A DNA stretch of 18,695 nucleotides from a virus (Duplodnaviria; Heunggongvirae; Uroviricota; Caudoviricetes): positions 64,001-82,695 of IMG/VR virus record IMGVR_UViG_3300033121_001335; one strand, written 5' to 3'. The translations under genes were made by a program, and so were the position numbers. Within the stretch, counting starts at the first letter, position 1. Each line of letters begins with the position of its first letter. This document shows, piece after piece, positions 7,849 through 15,600 of the stretch. Below the pieces are notes generated by a model. It did no database searches. It was not told the DNA's origin and saw nothing but the letters and a program-made list of their open reading frames with translations.

Positions 7849-7860
7849 GCTATTAGAGCT
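7849..7860 (-). repeat. 12-mer AGCTCTAATAGC, copy 1 (identical copy at 12675-12686)
   Basis: + strand gctattagagct read directly at 7849-7860 and at 12675-12686. Confidence 0.85.
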
Positions 7861-8408
7861 TACATTATATTGTTTCTGATGTGGTTTATAGCAAGTTTTA
7901 TAGACATCACTTGGTCTAGATGTGCCGTCCATCCCTTTTCCCAAGCGGAACCTACAGAGGCGAAATATAAATTTTTTCTATCTTGGCCTAAGAAAAATAT
8001 TTCTGTATAATTTACCCCTTCGGCTAGATAAATATCTTTTAGGAGCTGTGGTTTCATATTTTTAGTTTCTAAAACCACTGATTTTTCTCTACAGATTTCA
8101 TCCAACATTCTAATATAGTCGGAATCAACCCTTAATTGTTGGTATTTCTCTTTTACACTTGGAAAGGGAGGACTATAATCCTCATGTAAAATAGAAACGT
8201 AAAGTGGTGTATTAGCTCTTATAAGTCCACCACCGTTATGTGCTTTAAAAATTAAAAATCTTTGTGCTTCTGTATCATCCAGCACCCTATGCATTTCATC
8301 ATAGATTTTCACCACTTTAGCTATTTGCTTAGATGGTCTGGATAAAATCCTATTAAAAAATTGTACAATCTCTTTTAATACACTAATACTGTCTGATAAT
8401 AATCCCAT
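7860..8408 (-). CDS. holin-like protein with GAF-type domain (T4 gpT/crAss-type holin-like), no clear transmembrane helix
   Basis: RFLIFKAHNGGG..., LYVSILHED, L.D.Y...G..Y..IF.L resemble the GAF-like soluble domain of large phage holins, and the gene lies after tail genes. An in-frame upstream extension hits TGA at 8481-8483 without a hydrophobic segment. Confidence 0.5.
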   Translation of the reverse strand: MGLLSDSISVLKEIVQFFNRILSRPSKQIAKVVKIYDEMHRVLDDTEAQRFLIFKAHNGGGLIRANTPLYVSILHEDYSPPFPSVKEKYQQLRVDSDYIRMLDEICREKSVVLETKNMKPQLLKDIYLAEGVNYTEIFFLGQDRKNLYFASVGSAWEKGWTAHLDQVMSIKLAINHIRNNIM

Positions 8409-8446
8409 TATTTCATTTTTATTTTGATAAGCATTGAGTTTTGTTT

Positions 8447-8625
8447 TTATAGGAATACAAGAATTTGGATTGTAGTATTGTCAAGCACAGAATCAGAATC
8501 ACTACCAGATTCAGATGTATTCACAATAATTGCATCGGCTGATTCTCTTCTCGACCCGTATGAGAACACTCCTGAAAAATATGACCCATGTTATTAATTA
8601 CTTCTTGTTGCTGTTCGGGTGTCAA
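8447..8625 (-). pseudogene. remnant of a paralog of the 8767-9174 tail-type protein, split over two frames
   Basis: Frame 8590-8447 reads HGSYFSGVFSYGSRRESADAIIVNTSESGSDSDSVLDNTTIQILVFL*, which resembles the C-terminus of 8767-9174 (QRASDNTIKVN...D...IEIRVYY) but is preceded by two TAA. Another frame reads LTPEQQQEVINNMGHIF from TTG 8625 and would join it if the T5 run at 8575-8579 were T6. Confidence 0.45.
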
Positions 8626-8747
8626 TGTTTTTTCTTTTTTATCGGGTTATTCCTTTTATCCCACCAGCATTGCAATTCGCCTTTTTTGATGCGGCAATCG
8701 CAATTAATGCACCTGCCGGGTTCGTTTAAGAGTTTGTGTTTGCTCAT
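8622..8747 (-). CDS. small Cys-rich basic protein (41 aa), missed by the ORF track
   Basis: ATG 8747 to TGA 8622 translates as MSKHKLLNEPGRCINCDCRIKKGELQCWWDKRNNPIKKKKH. It starts 19 nt after the upstream stop, on the coding strand. Confidence 0.5.
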   Translation of the reverse strand: MSKHKLLNEPGRCINCDCRIKKGELQCWWDKRNNPIKKKKH

Positions 8748-8766
8748 TTGTATAGCGGCGGTTTGG

Positions 8767-9174
8767 TTAATAATACACACGGATTTCTATTTGAACGGGA
8801 ACCCCGCTATAAGAAATATCTTTCAGATAAAACGCATCGGCCGGCTCATAGTAATAATTATTCACTTTAATTGTATTATCGCTTGCCCTTTGTATTTGTA
8901 CAAGTGCCGAATAGATACTTGGATTGGTTATACTGACGGTTGAAAAGCAAATAGTTTTATTATTAGTAAATGCACTACTAAGTGTAGCAGTATAATCTCC
9001 CACATCATCCCTTGTCCACACCACCGTACCGCCCAAAGTGTTCTGCAATACCGTAGCTACGGGTGCATCTGTTCCAGATTGTGTAAGCAAGGCTGTATAC
9101 ACTTTATATGGATATAAACAAGAGATTTGTCTTTTGAGTTTTTTTATTTCCTTTTCTATTTGCTGGTTTGTCAT
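8767..9174 (-). CDS. small tail/virion-associated beta-domain protein
   Basis: KVYTALLTQSGTDAPVATVLQNTLGGTVVW....G.Y..TL..AF...KT...IEIRVY is a domain I recognise as recurring at the C-termini of Bacteroidota phage tail proteins. It follows a short coiled N-terminus and lies directly downstream of the tail fibre. Confidence 0.7.
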   Translation of the reverse strand: MTNQQIEKEIKKLKRQISCLYPYKVYTALLTQSGTDAPVATVLQNTLGGTVVWTRDDVGDYTATLSSAFTNNKTICFSTVSITNPSIYSALVQIQRASDNTIKVNNYYYEPADAFYLKDISYSGVPVQIEIRVYY

Positions 9175-9241
9175 TTTATTATATTTTTAATTGTTGATTT
9201 CTTCCGCTATTTTTTTAGCTGATATTTATGATTGGTTGTCA

Positions 9242-12200
9242 TTAGTTCACACTTCTACTAACCTCTAACCATTTTTGTACACCACCAACTTCACACAACA
9301 TTAAGGTAAGTACATCGTCAGCGGACGCATCAAAATTTGCATCAGAAGCAAGCACTATTGTAATATCATCACCGCTACTTGCAACATCATTAGTCACTCT
9401 CAAATCATCCGAAAAAACAAGATGTATTACACTACCATTTTGCCAGCCAGTTTTAGTTATAAGGTCAATGGTGGTTGTTCCTGTTATTTCAAATGTATTT
9501 CCATCATATCCAAGTGCAATAGTAGCTGCACTTGCAACATCTGCTCCTTGTTTTTGTGATAATCTGTTTGAAAAATTAAAAGATGAGGAACTACCTGTTG
9601 CAGATATAGCAACAGCACCAGCACTACCCACTGTTGTAGAAAAATAATTACTTACATCATATCCAATTCGTAATTGTTCTGTAGTTGATATGCCATGAAT
9701 AAGTGCAGATGGACTACCTGTACCTACACCGAGATTGCCAGAATTTAATACAAAAGTTGATGAGTCTGTGAGTCTTCCATTAGTGGTTACATACGGTATT
9801 CTACCAGAAGTGAGTGCGATATCATTAAGGGTGAATTCTTTGGTGGCTGCTCCTGTCTGGATTACATTATACACCTTATCAGTTGTTCTCCATATCTGCC
9901 CTTCGGCTGGAGAAGATGGTGCCACTCCATCTCGTATTGTTATAGAGGCATTAGTTGTTGTGCCACCTCTAATGTTTAACCAAGCGTTCCAGCCACCATA
10001 GCCTAGTAAGCCCGGACCCATCTGTGATGTACTACCAAGTTTAGATGTACCAGATTCAACACCAAACACTCCATTTCCTGCTGCATCATACATCATTAAA
10101 TCATATCCACTACCAGAAACAGCTCTAAACACTAATCCATCTGCTGAATTACGATAAACTGAACCAGCACCAGCATCGCTAAAACTAATGGTTCCTGTTG
10201 GACGGAAAGCTCCATTATTCGTAGAAAGTATGTTTGTGGTTTTATTAAAGGTGAGTCCTGCATCTCCACCAAATGAGCCACTATCGTTAAATTGAATTTC
10301 AGTATCACTACCCCCCGGTGAGGTGCTACCACCAGCAGCTGTCCAAGTTGGAGCACTACCTGTTCCATTGCTAGTTAATACGTACCCAGCAGTTCCATAT
10401 CCCCCTCCAATAGAATATGCACCATTGCTATTTATAAGAAGTCTTTGGTTTCCTGCACCATCAGCCAGAATAATATGATTACTAAGACCAACTAAGGCAG
10501 TGCCGTCATTTCCACCAATGATAACATTACTACTTTCAGTGGTGAGCACCTGACCTGCTAAATAACCAATAAAAATATTAGAAGAGCTCGTAGTTATATT
10601 ATAACCAGCTTGTCTTCCTATACCAATGTTATCATCGCCACTTAATTTTGCTACACCTCCGAATCCTGCTCCGGAACCTAGTGCTGCCATTCCTAAGGCA
10701 ACATTATAATCACCAGTGATGATTGAAAAGCCACCACCATAGCCTATACCAATGTTATTAGTACCTGTTGTTAAAGAGAATAGGCTTCCATAACCTACAC
10801 CAGTGTTTCTTGTAGAACCTGTGGTTGCTTGCCACAATGAGTTTGCTCCAAAGGCACTATCATAATCTCCACCACCTCCAGTTAAAGCATTTGCACCTAT
10901 TGCGGTTTTTAACAAACCAGCAGTTAATAATTTAATAGAATTCCAACCAATTGCTGTATTATAAGTGCCAGTCGAATTAGTTAGTAAAGCATCCAGACCA
11001 AAAGCAGTGTTAGTGACGGCACCTCCACCACCTCTTCCTAGTGTTAATTCATAGACGAGTGCATCATCTCCAACTACATCAAGTTTCTTTCTAGGGGCAA
11101 TTGTATTAATTCCTACATTAACAGCATCTGCTCCAGTTCCACCAAGAACAAGACTGTTTGAAGCCCCAACTCTTGAGTTATATCCAATTGCTGTAGCATT
11201 TGTTAAGATTGTAGTGACCAGCACTGAACTATCTATACCAGCATTTGCACCTAAAAATGTTGAGTTTACATCTTCATAAACATATCTACCAGAATAGCCA
11301 GCATAGGTTCCTATAGCTGTATTATAATCACCAAATCTATTAAAAGCAAGTGATGCCACTCCAATAGCTGTATTATATTCTCCACTAATTAGAGAAACTG
11401 TTCCAGTAGCTCCAGAACCATCTCCAGTTATTGTAACAGTTACACCACTTGGCTCTATTGAATAACCAGAACCGGGATTTGTAATAGTGATGCTTACAAC
11501 TGACCCGGCAGATAACACTGCTGTTCCTGTTGCCAAAGTTGAAATGGTTCCGGGGGTATTTGCTTCAGGGGAAGAAAATGTCACTGTAGCTGTTGTATAC
11601 CCACTTCCACCATTTGTTATTGTAACTGACCCAACTCCACTTGTATTTCTTAATAGAGAAAAATAACCAATTCCTGTGTTTCCAATACCCTGTTTATTGC
11701 CACGAAGAGAGTTACTACCCACAGCAGTCATGTACTTACCATTTCTATTAACTTCTCCCGCAAAACACCCTATAGCTGTATTATGGCTACCAATAGTTTG
11801 ATAGAATAAACTAGATTGACCTACAGCTACATTCCTTGATTGATATGATTCTGTTGGGTCTCCACCAGTTTGATTTCTAAGAGACCAGTTACCTACGGCC
11901 ACATCCTCACCAGAAGAAGTTAAATTTTGAAGAGCAAAAGAACCAATAGCTACAAAATTACCAAGCCTGTTTGTCCAAGCTTCGGCAGCTTTATAACCAA
12001 AGGCAGTGGCCCCACCATTACTGGTTTCAGTGTAAGGCCATCCGGAATAACCAATAAACCCAGCTCTTTCGTTATTCACCTTTATTTGGAGGGCCTGACC
12101 ATCAGTGGTTCCTATAAAATTAGTGGATGCATCTGTGCCTGCATTACCATCTATCTTCCAGAATAATTGGTTTATATCACTCCAGATGGGTGGTGTGTTT

Positions 12201-12619
12201 ATTCCATTGCTTAGTAAAGCATAACCGGCTGTTCCAGCATCTCTACCCGGCATAAGTGCCCCATCAAATTCTATTGTACCATACCTTCCATCAAGGGATA
12301 TTTTATTTCCACCTCCAATATCATTAATATCTAAATGCCCCCCATAGGGAGAATTAACATTTAGGACAATTACATCTGCTGTGCCTGCTAACACCCTTAT
12401 TCCTAAAGTGGTTGTATTTCCTAATGTTGTTACTTGTTGCAGTGTTCCGACATTTCCACTCCCTATTACATTAGAAATATTTATTATAATTTCTTCTAAA
12501 TTATCATAGGTGTATGTATTTATAGGTGGCAAGTTTGGACCCCTATAAATAACACATTTAGAATTAATTTTAGACTTACATGCCCCGGAGGAACAAGAAA
12601 TAGGTTGACAGTTGGACAT
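9242..12619 (-). CDS. tail fibre / receptor-binding adhesin with about 20 YadA-head-like beta-roll repeats (N-T-A-I-G-x-x-A/S-L)
   Basis: Gly/Thr/Asn-rich 1125 aa with a Cys-rich N-terminus (C..C...SKCVIYRGPNL) and TLQQVT..GNTT. Two arrays of ~14-aa NxAxG repeats, and a C-terminal DVASAATI.L...F.ITGTTTI...W.EVSR domain. No S74 chaperone motif seen. Confidence 0.8.
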   Translation of the reverse strand: MSNCQPISCSSGACKSKINSKCVIYRGPNLPPINTYTYDNLEEIIINISNVIGSGNVGTLQQVTTLGNTTTLGIRVLAGTADVIVLNVNSPYGGHLDINDIGGGNKISLDGRYGTIEFDGALMPGRDAGTAGYALLSNGINTPPIWSDINQLFWKIDGNAGTDASTNFIGTTDGQALQIKVNNERAGFIGYSGWPYTETSNGGATAFGYKAAEAWTNRLGNFVAIGSFALQNLTSSGEDVAVGNWSLRNQTGGDPTESYQSRNVAVGQSSLFYQTIGSHNTAIGCFAGEVNRNGKYMTAVGSNSLRGNKQGIGNTGIGYFSLLRNTSGVGSVTITNGGSGYTTATVTFSSPEANTPGTISTLATGTAVLSAGSVVSITITNPGSGYSIEPSGVTVTITGDGSGATGTVSLISGEYNTAIGVASLAFNRFGDYNTAIGTYAGYSGRYVYEDVNSTFLGANAGIDSSVLVTTILTNATAIGYNSRVGASNSLVLGGTGADAVNVGINTIAPRKKLDVVGDDALVYELTLGRGGGGAVTNTAFGLDALLTNSTGTYNTAIGWNSIKLLTAGLLKTAIGANALTGGGGDYDSAFGANSLWQATTGSTRNTGVGYGSLFSLTTGTNNIGIGYGGGFSIITGDYNVALGMAALGSGAGFGGVAKLSGDDNIGIGRQAGYNITTSSSNIFIGYLAGQVLTTESSNVIIGGNDGTALVGLSNHIILADGAGNQRLLINSNGAYSIGGGYGTAGYVLTSNGTGSAPTWTAAGGSTSPGGSDTEIQFNDSGSFGGDAGLTFNKTTNILSTNNGAFRPTGTISFSDAGAGSVYRNSADGLVFRAVSGSGYDLMMYDAAGNGVFGVESGTSKLGSTSQMGPGLLGYGGWNAWLNIRGGTTTNASITIRDGVAPSSPAEGQIWRTTDKVYNVIQTGAATKEFTLNDIALTSGRIPYVTTNGRLTDSSTFVLNSGNLGVGTGSPSALIHGISTTEQLRIGYDVSNYFSTTVGSAGAVAISATGSSSSFNFSNRLSQKQGADVASAATIALGYDGNTFEITGTTTIDLITKTGWQNGSVIHLVFSDDLRVTNDVASSGDDITIVLASDANFDASADDVLTLMLCEVGGVQKWLEVSRSVN
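11380..11641. repeat. 7-bp direct repeat CTCCACT (11380-11386 and 11635-11641) flanking an 85-codon in-frame insert
   Basis: Both copies were read directly and are 255 nt apart. Deleting one copy plus the intervening DNA restores the repeat unit LLRNTSGEYNTAIG. Confidence 0.75.
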
Positions 12620-12623
12620 TATG

Positions 12624-12631
12624 CAAAAATA
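12624..12631 (-). promoter_or_regulatory. Bacteroidota -7 box TATTTTTG(CA) immediately upstream of the tail fibre start
   Basis: TAnnTTTG match 4 nt before ATG 12619, with TTTA 19 nt upstream as a near -33 match. A transcript from here would be almost leaderless. Confidence 0.5.
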
Positions 12632-12674
12632 ATGTAATAATTTTAATTAATAAAGATAAGAGATTGATTTTAAA

Positions 12675-12686
12675 GCTATTAGAGCT
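12675..12686 (-). repeat. 12-mer AGCTCTAATAGC, copy 2
   Basis: Identical to 7849-7860. It overlaps the TAG of the giant ORF and has the same 43-nt spacing to a TAnnTTTG box. Confidence 0.85.
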
Positions 12687-15600
12687 ATTGTCGTCTAGAC
12701 TCCGTTGATATAGAAATGCCGAGGTCTTTAGCTGTTTCAGCATCAATAAGAGGAACAAATGTCTTAAAGAATTGGTTTGCAATAGGAATCATAGAGAAAA
12801 AGTCCTTTGTAGGATGAGCATTTTCCGCCTGCTGCTCGTTCCCAAATATGATGGCATTTGCCTCCCTTCTAAAGGAATTAGTGAATTTTATACCATCTGT
12901 GAGGAGCCCAAGAGATGGCATCCAGCTTCCTGTTGTAATTTGCTGGAGAGAAAGAGGATTATAATAGAATGAGATTTCATCTGTAAGCTTATCAAGCATT
13001 CTCACCGACACCCTGTAGAAATTCTTGGTTTCATCATCATCTGGCACCCCAGCTCCTTTTAGAGCCATAAAACCAGATAGAAGAGTAAGCAGCACTCCTA
13101 TTTCTTTAGCCTGTTGAGTAATGGCTCTTCTGGTCATATCGTAGAACTCCTCAGGACTCATTTCTAGGTCATTTCCCGTCCTTTCTTTATACGTCTGGGC
13201 TGTACGTATATAATATTTTTCAAGGGCTGCAATGCCCTCAGAATTGCCTGCAACCATATCCCTTAGGGTTTTGATGCCCTGTGGTATGCCTTTAAACCAG
13301 TGACCATCTCCGTCAAATAGAATGTTCCATACCATTCTGGTTCTCCCCATCTCGTATTGGTTAGTGTCTACATTTTTCTGGAGGCCACCAAATCTATTTG
13401 TAGCTAGGGGCGGAATCCAGCGCTTGAACATCATTACGCTCTTTAGGAGGATATTTCTATCAGCATCTATTTTATTTTCTTCTGAAAGGTTGCCTGTAAT
13501 GGTGCGAATTTCGTTAAGAATCTTAAGTCTTAGTTTATTAGTGGTTTCAGAATCCCTATCTACCCCCTCTATTTCTAAGAGTCCCTTTTCGTTAAATTTA
13601 GCAAGTTTCATTACCCCCTTTTGATTTATGAGGGTTCTTACCCGCTCTTCATAGGTTTTTTCTAGTGATTTAGCAGTGTTATTCTTATATCTATCCCTAA
13701 ATTCAGGGCTATTTAAAACATATTCTCTGGCATTAATAAGCTGCCCATCTATAACTATGGTGTTATTAAGAATGGATAGTGATGTAGCCATTTGTACAAG
13801 AACATCTGTTTTTCTGATGGGGGACATAACTAGGTCAGAGAAGGAAAATCTCTGAATTTTGTCCAAAGACATTCTTTCAGCCTTAAGACGAGCCCTATTT
13901 TCTGTAAATGGGAGGAAATAATCCATAAGTCCCTTTTCTATATTGCCCTCTTTTCCCCATAGGTTTCCTATGATTTTCATCTCATTCTTAAGAAACTCTC
14001 TTCCTTTATATAGTTTACGGGAATTAATAAGCCCCTGAAGATTACCACCTATAAATGTAGTCATAGGAGTAAATACATTCAAACCAAACACTTTTAATCG
14101 GAAATACTGATTGGCTTTCTCAATCATTTTAGTGACCCCAGTAGAGAGATTGGAGTCTCCAGAATATTGTTGTTTATATAGAATGGCGTCCACAAAGCTA
14201 TCGTATAAAGCCACATTAGCTTTATTATCAACGTCTTTCTCTAGTTTTCCTGTACCCTTTTCTACTACAATCCTACCCTTGCTATCTAGGAGATAGGCTT
14301 TTTTACCAGCCTCAATATCTCTTACAGACTGAACAGCACCCTCTATATCAGACAAACTCTTATATTCATACATAGCTTCTATGTACATAGATATTGTCTC
14401 TCCTATATCTGTAGAAACATCAGATAGGTCATATCCCTCTAAATTACCATCTTTATCCCTTATTTCTTCTGCAAAATTCTTTGTGAAAAAGGCGGGAATT
14501 CTCTTTTCTATCTGTCCTGTATTAGGGTCCACTCTGGCATAGCTTATTTCTTCCTCTGGTGTGAGAGTGTATATGCTCTTGATGCTATCACCTATAGCTG
14601 ATAAGCCTGAATTCTTTATTCTATCAAGTGTAGAGGCTCTCAGCCAAGGTAGGAATCTGGTGGAGAATTTATAATTACCATCATGATAACCAACATCTTT
14701 GGCTTCCCTGTTTAGAGCTATGATAAAATTATATAAATCTAAGGCAGCTTTGTCTGCGCTCATAGCTTTATACTCATCTGTTTCCCATTTATCCTCATCC
14801 TTAATATAGAATTTAAGGTCTTCCCTTTTCCAACCGGGGGATGATGGCTTAGATATATCCATCCTTTGTTTATATTCGGCTTTCTTTCGGGTTTTCTCTA
14901 TATTATCCTGCTCCGGGTCTCCTATTACATATATACTATCATCCACCTGCTTATTGAATGACTCTATATCCTTATCCTTTGCTTCCTGCCATTTCTCTAA
15001 ATTAATATTCTCCTTAATCCAATCTACATCTGGTTGTTCTGAAGAAATAGCTTTTTTGAATTCGGTGTAGAACTCTGTTTTTATACGGTTCATAAGCTGG
15101 TTCATTGGCTTACCAAGCTTATTCTTGCCAGCTATAAGTATGAAAGCATCCTTTTTAGACAACCCTTTAGAGGAGGCTAATTGCTCAAATGGCTTAAGAA
15201 GGGCTTCAAACTCTTCTTGTTTTGATATAGCGTTCTTTTGCTTCTCAAAATTGGCCCTAGATGTAACAGTACGGAGGTATTGGAGGGCTACATTCTGCAT
15301 TCTAGAAAGGCTCTGTATTGAACGGTTTATCACTCCCTTGATAGGCTTTTCTGTTTTAAGGAGATTTATACCCTCTTTATTTGCATAATAGTGAGCTATA
15401 AACTGTCTGTATTCTGCTTCTATATCTTTACCAAGAACAGAACTATCTAGCGCTAGTCTCTCAAGACTTTTTAGAGTGTCTTCTTGCTTTTCTGTGAGAC
15501 CATCCTTTCCGTAAATATCTATAAATAAGGCGTAAGTAGATTGGTATTTATGGATGTTATCCACAACATTCTTAATTCTACCCCTATATTCTTCTAATTT

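Noticed and set aside
8575-8579. Programmed -1 frameshift joining the two remnant frames
   Set aside because: The context CAT ATT TTT CAG is not an X XXY YYZ heptamer; decay or a homopolymer error is more likely.
8408-9242. Tiny coupled ORFs MLIKIKMK (8434-8408) and MTTNHKYQLKK (9242-9207)
   Set aside because: Too short to distinguish from chance in A-rich intergenic DNA.
9242-12619. Diversity-generating retroelement target or CRISPR-like array among the repeats
   Set aside because: Repeats are degenerate at the protein level only. No near-identical template/variable repeat pair, regular repeat-spacer DNA or reverse transcriptase is visible.
9242-12619. Enrichment of the Bacteroidota host O-glycosylation sequon D-(S/T)-(A/I/L/V/M/T) in the fibre
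   Set aside because: By eye I found only about one (DSA), so there is no enrichment.
10132-12782. Same-strand alternative-frame ORFs 10132-10368, 11927-12166 and 12576-12782
   Set aside because: They are nested in or bridge the tail fibre and giant ORF in other frames. No motif or slippery site supports their use.
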